Shown here piece after piece: positions 48,701 to 59,395 of a stretch of 64,000 nt of DNA. Location of the stretch: contig DF236994.1 in NCBI GenBank assembly GCA_000708835.1, forward strand, positions 62,001-126,000, written 5' to 3'. Position 1 is the stretch's first letter. Every line of letters begins with the position of its first letter. This DNA is from Klebsormidium nitens. Lineage: Eukaryota; Plantae; Klebsormidiophyceae. The notes below the pieces were generated by a model, which was not told the DNA's origin, searched no databases, and saw nothing but the letters and a program-made list of their open reading frames with translations. A program made the translations under genes and the position numbers.

Positions 48701-51700
48701 TGAATTATTGTCCATTTTTCCAGGTTGCTCCCCTCGCTTGGAAGCTAGTGAACGTCGTCAACGAGTACGAGCCCAGCTCCATGGTCGGCGTTGTCTAGAC
48801 CTCAAGCGGCAAGGAACGATCTGCCGTAGATAGACAAGTTTAAATACACTGAAAGTTGACCAACCTTCTGTTGCTTCCCCTCCCAGGTTTTTCCCCTTTC
48901 CTGAAGCTCGTAAACGGCGTCAACGAGTCTACCTCTATGGTGGGCGCTGTCGACATTTTAAGCGGGAATGGACTAGACAAAGAATCAGACACGTTCGACA
49001 ATTAACCATTTTCGATCGCTTGCCCTCCCAGGTCTCTCCCCTTTCCTGGAAGCTAGTAAACGGCGTGAACGAGTACGAGCCGAGCTCCATGGTCGGCGTT
49101 GTCAAGAGCCCGCGCGGCGAGGAAGGCGGCGCGTGCTTTGCGCCGCTCGCGCTGAACGTGACGGCGGTAAACCTGGAGGCGTATTACAACAAGGCGATCA
49201 ACTACACGCTGATGGTCACGTTTGTCTCGTTCGTGCAAGTGCTGCTGCTCATCCGGCAAATGGAGTATACCAACACGCAGTCGGTGAGTGCTCCTCGAAT
49301 GGCTTGGTTTGTTAGTGTTCGTGTTTTTGCGCAGCCTCTTGAAATGGGGCGCTCGGTTTTGAGCAATCTTGTGTTGCTCATCCAGTAGATGGCGTTCACG
49401 TACACACATGTCGGTGATTTTTTTCGAGAGATGGTAGTTTTGCTGAGTTTTCATGCGGGTAGCGCCTGGAAGTGGAGCGTTCGGGTGATAATGAGCGGTC
49501 TTGTATTTCTCGATCGACAGCTGGGTACCAACCCATTTGACAAATACACATTGTGCTGCTTCTTAGATGGTTTCCTTACTCATCATTGTGCTAGTGCCAG
49601 GCACCTGATCTGAAATTTTGGGGCTCTCAAGCTGCTGTTTGCTTCTCACGGCCCTTCCTTCACCTCCTCTTCAATTGCTCAAGAGGGAAGGCTATTTTCT
49701 TTGGGTTCTTGGTTGGGAATCGAGGCAAATCGAGGGAATCGAAAGGACTTCTCGTCTCCAGCTCCCTCAAGGGCGCCATCTAAGCGTTGTAGGTTTTCAC
49801 CGATTCATTTGAGTCACACCAACCTGGGCGTCAAGCGTTGCCTGCTACAGTGGGCCGCAAAATCGCAAGTCGTCTTGACCAAAACTTGACGCCTTTTTTG
49901 AACTGCAGCCTTCGTCTCTGCAGGGCGCCGCAAAAGTGCCACTGCTCATGGTGGGTCAGCAGATTTGAAACCATAACTTGACACCAGTTTCTAGGTCACC
50001 CTTTGTTTCCTGCAGGACGCTGCAAGAGTGTCGCTGCTCATGGTGGGTCAGCAGATGCTCCTTAACCCAGTCTTAAACCAGTGCTTAATTCACACTTCAT
50101 CTTCCTTGTAGGGCGCCTCGAAAGTGTCACTGTTCATGGTGGGTCAGCAGATCTTGAATCAATCTTGACACCAATCTTGACATCACGCTTTCTCCCCTGC
50201 AGGGCGCCGCGAAAGTGTCACTGCTCATGGTGGGTCAGCAGGCCATCATGGACGCGTACCTGTGCCTGCTGCACCTGACAGCTGGCATCGTCGTCGAATC
50301 GCTTTTCAACGCGTTCGCGACCGCTGCGTTCTTCAAGTTCGTGATCTTTTCGATCTTCGAAATGCGCTACCTGCTGTCGATCTGGAAGGCGCGCCGGCCC
50401 GCGAGCACGGGCGACGGTTGGGAGTCGATGCGGCGGGAGCTGTCGATACTTTACTCTAGATTCTGTGAGTTGGCCATTCTCTTAAGTTGGCTCTTGTGTT
50501 CGGCACTGTTTCTGTTGGCTCTTTCGAAGGGAAGATTGTCACTTAGGTGCTTTTGGGTGTCTTCTCTTCAAAGCTTCAGAATACGCATGCGTCTGCCCAG
50601 CTTTTCTGGACCAACTGCAGCTGACTTGATGTCCAGCTGCTATGTTTTGGAGTTCTTACCAGCTTCTGCGAGTGCTGTGCCGCTGAGTGCTTCCGTTCTC
50701 ATCTGAAACGACTCGAAAGCAAATGTCTGTGAACCCCCCCCTAAACCCTTACCCGCTAACTAAACCTCAACCTCTCCCGCAGACGGGTTCCTGCTGGGCG
50801 GCATCCTGATCATGTACCGCCTGCACGCGATGCTGAAGCACATCCTGCTCCTCTTCTACGCCTTCTGGGTGCCCCAAATTATTTCCAACGTCATGCTCGA
50901 CGCGCGCCGCCCGCTGCACCCCCACTACATCCTCGGCATGACGGCCACGCGGCTCGCGATCCCGCTGTACACATTCGGCTGCCCCAAGAACTTTATGAGA
51001 GTGGAACCCAACCCGGGGTGGTGCGTCGGCCTTGCCTGGTGAGCATTTGGATGGGCTCATTCTCACTGCATAGCGCAAGCACTGTCCAGACGAGCAAAAC
51101 TTTGCTTTCCTCCTTCGCTTCCTGCAGGGGATTGGAGCGAGAGACGCCGTTTTAATGTTTTTTGGAAGTTTTGACGCTGTTTTACATCTTCCCAAAGTCA
51201 GTGTCGGGCGTTTGACATCGATAGTCCTTTCTTGATAGTCATTTCTTGCTTTTGCCTTGTAGAGATTTCAGATACGAAAACCGAAGGTATTGCCGGGTTT
51301 GGGCGTCGACCGACTTTTACTAGACCAGAAGTTTTCTGGTAGTGTATTGGACCCTTCTATGGTTCGGTGTACCCTATTCAGACACCGATTTCCGTATTGG
51401 CTTGACGCTCAAGAGTTTGCTCTCTGGTCGCTCTTAGGGAACGCTTCGACTGGTTTTCAAGCACTTCGAATGATTAGATTGGGGTTGCGAGACATCATCC
51501 ATATCTGAAACTCGCGTCCTCCCCTCTTCGCAGCTTCCTGTGCGGTCAGGCAGGCGTGCTGTTGCTGCAGCACTACTTCGGCGCGTGGTGCTTCATCCCC
51601 AAGCGCTTCCGCCCGGAAAAGTACAGCTACTTCCGGCGGATCGAGCGGGCCTCCATCCCTGGGGGGGAGGAGGCGGGCCACCTAGACTGCGTTATCTGCA

Positions 51701-51843
51701 TGGCGCCAGTTGACGCTGCCCCCCTCTCGCGGCAACGCATGGTCACGCCGTGCGACCATTTGTTCCACTCTAGTTGCTTGGAGAAGTGGATGGATATCAA
51801 GATGGAGTGCCCGACGTGCCGGCGGCAACTGCCGCCCTTGTAA
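45787..51843 (+). CDS. FLY1: Multi-pass transmembrane RING-H2 E3 ubiquitin ligase, FLY1/FLY2 (plant) / Tul1 (yeast) family
   Basis: Exons 45787-46182, 47072-47162, 47542-47666, 47874-48167, 49032-49283, 50203-50464, 50783-51038 and 51534-51843 join in frame. Features: signal peptide, luminal domain (GEIVLRDG), NYTLMVTFVSFVQVLLLIRQME, QQAIMDAYLCLLHLT, AFFKFVIFSIFEMRYL, FWVPQI and a C-terminal RING CVICM..TPCDHLFHSSCLEKWMDIKMECPTCR. Confidence 0.9.
48560..49095 (+). repeat. Three intronic echoes of the FLY1 exon 5 acceptor and start (VSPLSWKLVNGVNEYEPSSMVGVV)
   Basis: Echo starts at about 48570 (degenerate), 48724 and 48887, versus the real start at 49032. Shared core GCT.GT.AACG.C...AACGAGT. 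Confidence 0.88.
49915..50241 (+). repeat. Tandem array (about 93 bp period) of FLY1 exon 6 acceptor plus 39-nt exon-start echoes
   Basis: AG then G.CGC..C.A.AGTG.C.CTG.TCATGGTGGGTCAGCAG at 49924, 50016, 50112 and 50203 (real). Confidence 0.92.
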
Positions 51844-52902
51844 CATAGAGAACGGCGTCAGCATGATGTCAGAATTGACCGAAGAGATTGGTAGTTGTAT
51901 AGGTAGAGTGCGAGAGTCCCCATTAGAGATAACAAAACGCGATGAAGACACGTCAATAAGCTTGCCTTGCCTTACGATGTTGTTGAGATGAGATTTGAGA
52001 CGCAGCTCGTGAGGCTGTGCGTCTCGCCAAGTGAACACTGTTGTTAATTTGTTGTTCTTCACAGGTAAACGATCGCAGATGCAGCTTTATCAGACTATGT
52101 GCATGATTCGAATCAAGTGGTGCCAGCGCTGCTTGAAGTCATCCCGTTGCATGTTGCCAACATCCGCCATCCAAGCCTTACATGCGCCGCTACAGAAGAC
52201 ATAATTCAAGCTGCATGATTATTCGTCCGCGTTTTTGTATGTGCACATCTGTCTGAACAAACGGATGAGCTTCATGAGATTAATGTTCTGGCAGGAGCAG
52301 CACATGCATGTGAGTGCAGCTAGCATGCAACCGCGGGCTCTCGATCAGTACAAAGACTGTACAGGTGTGTCGAATCCGTCACACAAAATTATACATGGCA
52401 CCATGCGGGTTCCAATTGGACAAGGCAGTCATAATGCGTGCAAGCTGCCAACTGATTACACTTATTACAAGTCTATAGCTCTGTTCCTTCGCATCCAATC
52501 AGTAATACGAGTAACCCCCATAGTGCGTTGTTGAACCACAAGCGAAGCATAACAGATTATTCAGAAAGGTCACAATCCAGCATCTCGCCATAGCTCAATC
52601 AGTGACCCGGTCAATCATACCATCGTTGCATCAGAAGATTTTGACGGCCCTGGGCCAGTTTCAGGACATGGAAGGTGAGAGAGTGCTCCTGTACTACATG
52701 CATGCACTTCAAAGGCTGCAAATGGACTTTGAAACCAGACAATCATGGAAAAGTCTAGGTAATGGCTCACATTCAAAAGAATTCTTATCAAAAGCAAGCC
52801 CTCAACGATCTCAAACATAGCGACCATTGACTGTGCTCCCAGCAACAACACGTCCATTTTACGCCTTTCTCAACGCCGCTTGCAAGTCAGCCTCCAACAT
52901 TT

Positions 52903-53742
52903 CTATGCATCCAAAGCTTCCGCCCGCTGCATCGCACTCTTCACCTTGTCCTGCGCCACTTTACACCGCGCCAGAAGCGTATCGTACTTCCGCGCCGCCC
53001 CTACTAGTTTCATATCCATGGCTAGCAAGTTCACGTACCGGCCTAGCTCCGTTAACTTCTCGTTTGTTTCCCCCTGGTCCCTAGCCTTGTTCATCTCCTC
53101 CTGGATCCTCTCTATGACCACCTCCGCCGAGGCCTCCATCGAGCTGCCCCCGTCCTCAAACGGCCGGTCCAGCATCCCTCCTAGGAGAAACAACAACTCA
53201 AAAATGACTTCCTTAGGAGTCTTTGACTTTGCCTTTTCCTTCCTGAGAACATACACCGGTTCATCCGTCATCCCCTCCACTTCATCCTTCAGCGACCATG
53301 GTGCTGATGAGTCGGGAGCGCCGAGCAACCCCGCCGCTGCGGCTATGCTCGCTTGCACTTCGGCATCGGAGATGCCTTCTTCCCCCTCGTCGTTAGCAGG
53401 GGCCGCCGACGGACTCTCAGGTTGCGTGCTGCTGCTCTCGGGCGATGCTTTGATGGCGGTGGTTCGACGAGCTGTCCTGGAATGACATCCCTTTCTAGTT
53501 ACTGGCTGGTCGCTGGCATCCTCAACTGAAGCCAGAGACTTTTCAGCAAAGAAAGCGGTGCCTTGAATCTCCTGCAGAAAGACAGACCCTTTGTATCTAT
53601 GCCTTGCGGGCTGTCTGCAAGCGCAGATGAGTCTGACGGGCTGGCAGGCAAAGGAGGATGAGCTTTGGGAAAGAGCTACGGCTGGCTTTAGTGGCATGAA
53701 CGTTTGGGAGAGCTGGCAGACAGCATTGCTGTAGCCCATCAT
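52903..53742 (-). CDS. Intronless uncharacterised protein, probably plastid-targeted (about 279 aa); C-terminal helical domain tentatively resembles Arabidopsis MEE9-like proteins
   Basis: Long ORF 53805-52903 with first in-frame ATG at 53742. A Ser/Ala/Arg-rich transit-peptide-like N-terminus precedes an acidic linker and a helical domain (EVIFELLFLLGGMLDRPFE...LLAMDMKLVGAARKYDTLLARC). The family resemblance is from memory and unverified. Confidence 0.65.
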   Translation of the reverse strand: MMGYSNAVCQLSQTFMPLKPAVALSQSSSSFACQPVRLICACRQPARHRYKGSVFLQEIQGTAFFAEKSLASVEDASDQPVTRKGCHSRTARRTTAIKASPESSSTQPESPSAAPANDEGEEGISDAEVQASIAAAAGLLGAPDSSAPWSLKDEVEGMTDEPVYVLRKEKAKSKTPKEVIFELLFLLGGMLDRPFEDGGSSMEASAEVVIERIQEEMNKARDQGETNEKLTELGRYVNLLAMDMKLVGAARKYDTLLARCKVAQDKVKSAMQRAEALDA

Positions 53743-53994
53743 GCACGCCCTACACGCAAAACAGCGCAAGCCAATGGCGTACCAAACACTGATGGTGGCG
53801 TTCAACTAGTACCAGAACTGCTGCACGAGGGAGTGGCGTGACCGCAACGATAAGTGAACAGGCTTGGTCCTGTTGCTTGCGCCCCAGTTAGGTACCAATT
53901 CGTTTCTGAAACTCTCGAGTCTTATGCAGGCAGCAGGCAATGGCTGGCGACTGCATTCACATGACCATGCACATTGCAAACCTCAAGCTAGGAG

Positions 53995-54068
53995 ACTCGA
54001 ACTCTGGAGAGTTGGAGAGTCGAGACTGGAGTCTGGAGTCAACTCTGGAGTGTGGAGTCTGGACTCTT
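53995..54068 (+). repeat. Degenerate (CTGGAGT)n simple repeat upstream of the intronless gene
   Basis: ACTCTGGAGAGTTGGAGAGTCGAGACTGGAGTCTGGAGTCAACTCTGGAGTGTGGAGTCTGGACTC. Confidence 0.65.
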
Positions 54069-56061
54069 CTCCACTGCCTAAGAGAGCTAAGAGATTTTGC
54101 GATTTTGCAGGATTTGTTTTGAAGGCAAAGATGATCATCGAACCGTTGCATATTCACCAAGTCGATGAATCGACGGTTGGCAACCTCCAGAGTCCACATT
54201 CCCTACGGTAAATCCTTTACTAAATCTGCAATGTTCAATGACTGAGCCTCACCCAGGACTGAGAAACTAGTAGTTACCAGTAACGTCCCCAGCGGCAGTC
54301 ATACTCACCCCTGCCTCTGGCCATATTATACACGTACGGTAACATCAAGACATCAAACAGAGGTCAATGTCTGCAGATATTCATCTACACAAACATTCAT
54401 AGATACACTTGTCCTCCGAAGAATCCAGTCTTGCTTTATCGCTTGATATTCAACCGGTAGTGCACCACAAAGGTGTGCATTCCGATCGTCATCCACATCG
54501 TCGTCCATGGGCAACGATGGAGATAGATGAGAACCATACAAGTGGCAAGCCAACGTACAGGGATCGTGCAGCGGTGACTGGTTGCAACTGAGGGAATCGA
54601 ACCCTGGCGACAGGGTGCTGTACAAATCACTCGATCAATGGATTGCATCGAGCACTTGGTTCAAAGTGTCACACTCAATCATTGTCTCGTCTGAATAAGG
54701 TTGTCGCACAAATAAACGACCTTTGCGTGTGCAAGAGCTAAGTTCATATTAGCATACAATATTTAGAGAGCAACAAAAGTTCCCTTGCCAACCGCTCGAA
54801 AGGGTGGCCATTGTTCCTCCAATCAATGTGAGCAAGGCGATAGCGCGAGCATGTAATGCCAAGGTGTAGTGCACATGGACGTGGGCTGCAGAAGAGATAA
54901 GAAACCGGAAAAGGCACACATGTAGTCACAAGCCTGCCGCTGAGCTTGATGTCAATGTGTACCCAAAAAAATCGTGGTCACTAACTTCAATATGCTCATT
55001 CCCAAAAGCTCCAAAACGGGTTGTCTCAAAGCCAGCAAACGTCTGCAACCAGTGCACATCCTCGACGATGAAAATTTTTCCAGTGCGAGGTTTGACGACC
55101 GAAACTGAACCATCTGAAAAACAATTGAGCTGGAGAATTTCTGTTGCAGATGTAGGAGTGAATCTATAGGGTTGTGAGCCCGCATGTCCAACCTCAAAAA
55201 GAAGCACAAGCTTGACGAGGAGAGATTATCGCAACACCACACAGGGGTTTGAAACAACAATGCGAGCAGGATGCAACTTGCCAATTTGGACTCCTGGTTA
55301 CATAGATTTTAATACACTCTACTAGCGATTGCAAAGAGCAGGTTTCCAATCAACCCATTCGAGTTACAGACACACAGAACTTTCACTAAGTTGAACCCTC
55401 CATCGGCAGACTCAGGAATCAGGATGGCAAGATATGAGCTCAAATGCTACTAATCGGGACCTGCTGCTCCCTCACGCCCAAAGGTTTTACTCCCTTCTCA
55501 TTGTTTGACTATGTGGATAAAGGCGCCAAAGCTGCAGCAGCAAAACTTGCGACATCCCGAACCTAGCCCTGGCAAAGAGATTGCCTAGGCCAGCCAGAGT
55601 GAGCAGAATCCAGCCAAGTGAGCAGTACTAAGAAAAGGAAACCCTGCTTTCCAAGGTCCAGATGAGAAGAAGAAAGAATACACATTTTTGATGTGCAAAC
55701 CATTACCAATATCATGCAAAGCGAACGTGATTGCTAAAATGGATGGCTCTGAAGAATCCTGTGGTTTGACACCAACCTCAGAATACATTGCGCTCTGCAC
55801 AAATGTTGTTGAACAGTCGTCCAAGCAGACGGGCCCCTTGCCTGACTGAAACCCAGAACTCTACATCAGCTTGCCCTTGGTGCTACTGCAAGACCAAAGC
55901 CTGGCCGAGTCCGTCCTCTGTACAAGTCCAGCCAAGGCAGTCTGCTGCACGACCCCTCCCCTTGCGCAGAGTTCTATGAATCCAAGACTTGTTGGCGCAA
56001 TCTGCATGACTCAACCTGCTCTGTCCAACAGAAGACCGCCCAACCCATCGTCAGGCCGTTT

Positions 56062-56773
56062 CTACTTTGATCTCTGTCGCATCTTTCTGCGCTTCCTCTT
56101 GAGCCTACGCATGCGCTTCTTCTTCCACTGCAATAAAAGAACAGAGCTGTTCAGTAAAAGAACTGCAAAATGAGTGGGACCATTACCCAATAAGCAACAC
56201 TTGCGTCACACTTGGCCTGAGGATTCTGCAAATATGTATGATGCTCGGGCATCCTCGCAATCATATTGCGGTACTCAGCAGACAAACTCATACACAGTCC
56301 AAGACCGCCAATGTGTGTCACGAGGACAGACCAAAGACCATTACCATTACCAAAATGGGGGTGTCTGTCAGAGGTTAACCATGGTGTGTGAGCCTTTCTT
56401 AGCTCCATGAAGCAATGCAAGACACCGTCCTATCATCAGAAACACGATGCACGTGCTTTGACTGCTGTCCTCTGTTGCTCCTGATACTACCCGCATCCAT
56501 GAAAAATCTTCGAATGATCCTCCAAAGAGACGTTAAGTGGAAACGTATTTGCAGAATCTCTGCCCCTCCAAAACCCCAACCGATACATTTATATAAAGCA
56601 CACGAAACTGCCAAAGAAGCCCCCCAAAAGCATCAAAAACCGGACAATGCCTGTAAGCACGCGCTGGAGGCTGACAGATTTATACTGTCACGCTCAAAAT
56701 GGTGAATCCTCAGGGACCTGCAGTGACCTCAGGAGCAACACCAGAAACGGAGAGCGCTCACCTTCGCTCTCAT
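56062..56773 (-). CDS. RPL41: Ribosomal protein eL41 (RPL41, 25 aa)
   Basis: Exon 56773-56762 (GCCACC-ATG AGA GCG AAG, then gtgagc) plus exon 56127-56062 (cag, then TGG AAG AAG...TCA AAG TAG) gives [25 protein letters not shown], the canonical plant eL41 sequence. It is too short for the ORF track. Confidence 0.95.
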
Positions 56774-56805
56774 GGTGGCCGCTTCCTTCCTCCACAGACT
56801 CGGGT

Positions 56806-56820
56806 TGGGAAAGAGGACGA
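56806..56820 (-). promoter_or_regulatory. Pyrimidine-rich TCT/TOP-like candidate transcription start of RPL41
   Basis: The minus strand reads TCGTCCTCTTTCCC about 35-45 nt upstream of the ATG, resembling the polypyrimidine initiator of ribosomal-protein genes. Confidence 0.4.
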
Positions 56821-57235
56821 GTCCTGCGCTCCTCCCTTGCTTTCCCAAGTCAAATCCTCTGCTGTATTGGTCGTCGCTTCCCCTACTTTGAGAGCTTTGC
56901 CACCCACTCTCACATGAAATGCCGACGAGGAATACAGGATGAAACGTAACGTATTAACTTAAACATGTTCTGGCGTTTCATTGCGAATTTGCTCACCTTC
57001 GGCGCTGGCGACATGGAACTTGAACTCAAGAAGTCAGCCTGCTTGCCACTGGATGCAGAACTTTCTGAGATTTTCGTCTAGCTAGCTTGAGCAGTGTCCC
57101 CCATGGCCAAACAAGAGTTTCATGCTGTTCCACCTCGTGCAACACAAGGATAGAAGATCGTCATTTCAGCAAACTGGATGCAAGAAGCTTCAATTCTGTT
57201 ATGGAGTAATGCGAGACTGCATGACACGCTCCAAA

Positions 57236-57244
57236 TTAGGGTTT
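57236..57244 (-). promoter_or_regulatory. Telo-box (AAACCCTAA) upstream of RPL41
   Basis: Exact TTAGGGTTT on the plus strand, about 460 bp upstream of the RPL41 ATG. Telo-boxes are established elements of plant ribosomal-protein promoters, but a 9-mer can also occur by chance. Confidence 0.5.
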
Positions 57245-57563
57245 CAGAATGGCCAGATCAGCCCTTGAGCAATTGTTTTTGGGAAGCCATGATAAAAGTC
57301 CATATAAAGTAGCTGTACAAAGCTGTGATAGTTTCAAGGATTGCCAGACAGCCAGCTAGTTGTTGGTCTACTGAATCCATGCCATGCTGGCCTCCCATGC
57401 TACCGTCCAAAAAGACTTCTGCAGAGAAACTTCGGCCCTATCCACCGAGAGTTCAGCATTTGCTCCCAAGGTCATTCTGCCAGGCAAAGCTGTGCCGACA
57501 TTATTTCCCGTCAATGTGGGCTAGTACATGGATAAGTGATCTTAGGAAACTTCTTGAGGTAGC

Positions 57564-59395
57564 ATGGAAGCAAGACTGAAAGAGAAGCAGGCCCTGTCTG
57601 AGGTGATCCGCATTGGGCTCAACAGGGCCCAAGACCTTGAGCTCCTCTGCCAGGTAGGCATGCTACTGTGCCCCCTCACGCTTAGAAATCATCGGCAATG
57701 CTGCTTATATGTATCTGTTAATGCATGCTACCTGTGCCCCCTGTGCCTTAGGGAACACTAACTATGCTGAGACAAAGGGGCCTGGCAGCATAATATGAAT
57801 TTGCAGGGTATCTCCCATCACCTCCATTCCTGCTCCCTTTCATGGTCCATGAGCTGACAGCTTTGCAGCTATTAGTTCTTGGTTAGGGCATACTGTTCAA
57901 TCGGACAAGGGACCTGAACGCATGGCCTTGTTCCCTGTAGCTAAGAGCCTTTCAGAATCAGCGTTTGAGCTTCACTGCTGCAGATAAGTTTTCCTGGCCA
58001 TCTTGGCCTATTCCAAGCAAGGTTGATGCGCTTGAGTTGCCCACTTGCTTTTGATGGACGTTTAATGTGCCTCGCTGATGGGGCACAGAACTGTGCCATG
58101 CATGCCATAAGCACAGGGAAAGCAGCAACAAGATAGGAGGCGACAGTTTGCAAAGGTTGCGAATATCTGTGTCTTTCTCTTCAAGTTGGGAGCACTGCCC
58201 ATAACGGCGCCGTACTACAACTTTGTACTTCAACTTTGAGTGTTCCTGATCCCTGTCAATGGAAAGCAAAGGCCCACATCATCTCAATGTCAAAACAGTT
58301 CCTTTTCTGCCAGATCAGGACGTTGGCTTTCGCAAGGAGTCCTGTAGACATACCGAAAGGTTACTCACCCATTCGCTTCTCTTTCTGCAGATCCAAAGCG
58401 CTGCCTTCGAGAACCCCTCCCTGGCCCGCCAGGTGGCGGCAGAATGCAATCTGCGGGAGGAGTGGCGATGCACGCGCGAGGCAGCCGTTCTGCAGCAGAT
58501 GGAGGGGCTCAGCTTTGCGACAGCGGAGGAAGGTGAACTGAGGGCCACTTCGTACCTCTGCCCATGCTGCCAGGTAGATTGGGTCTCCATTCATGAAGAT
58601 TGCCAAATCGCGGCTTTGCTTCGCGGCTGCTTCAGACGGTGTGGAAACTTTCGATTGTCTGCAGAAAGGCCGAACTCACCAGACCTCATTGTTTCAAGGT
58701 TGACGCCCCTCTCAAAGTCTGCAGAAGATGTCTCACTTCCGCTGACGTCCCCTAGGTCTGCTTCCTCTCTTCGTTTCGGCTGACGTTTTCTCCGTCCGTC
58801 TGTTGATTGCAAGACCTCGGTCATCTGCTTGCGGACAAGGCCCGCAGTCTGCTCCAGCGATCGCCTTCGGGCGCTTCTCTCAGGAGCTCGTCGGCGTCAC
58901 TTAGAGCCCCATGCACCAGGGACTCATCTCCTTACCGAACTGCACGGCAGAATCGGAGTCCGCTGCAAATAAGGAACGGGCCTCAGAGTCCCGACGTGGG
59001 TCGGAGAAGAGTTTCTAAGAAGGATGCGAGGGTTTTGGAGGAGGGCAGTGTCAACCGCTCGGTAAGATCTGGCTCCACTTCGCTTTAAGACTCGATCTCA
59101 AGCGATGGGGACTCGATTCCGAACGACCGTCACTCTTACTACAGCAATCGAGCACGAAGCTGGTACAATCGCGTTGCAGATAGCCCATGTTTCGACTGCT
59201 ATTTGTCTTGAAGACACAGTTCCGGTCGTACCGTTTCCCACGCGCTTGATAAATACTTTGAAGAAACATAAAGCTCTCAGTTCTTAGCGATATCAGACCC
59301 AACCAAGGCCTCTCGCAGGTGTCGCCTCTGTTGCGGGCGTCACGAGACCCGCAGGTCTTGGCCCTCGTGCAACTTCACAAGACGTTGCTGCATGG
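57564..59395 (+). CDS. Probable 5' exons of the IQ/WW gene, or a separate gene
   Basis: Putative exons 57564-57653 (MEARLKEKQALSEVIRIGLNRAQDLELLCQ), 58391-58573, about 58815-59061 (Ser/Arg/Pro-rich) and 59319-59395 have canonical splice signals. I could not close all phases through to 60138. Confidence 0.35.

Noticed and set aside
52880-53485. 201-aa plus-strand ORF (also 41284-41826 over HMGCL)
   Set aside because: Antisense to better-supported minus-strand genes.
54250-55290. Short minus-strand ORFs (54353-54625, 54926-55207) with some splice-like signals
   Set aside because: Phases could not be joined into a coherent gene and there was no homology by eye. A non-coding or small gene cannot be excluded.
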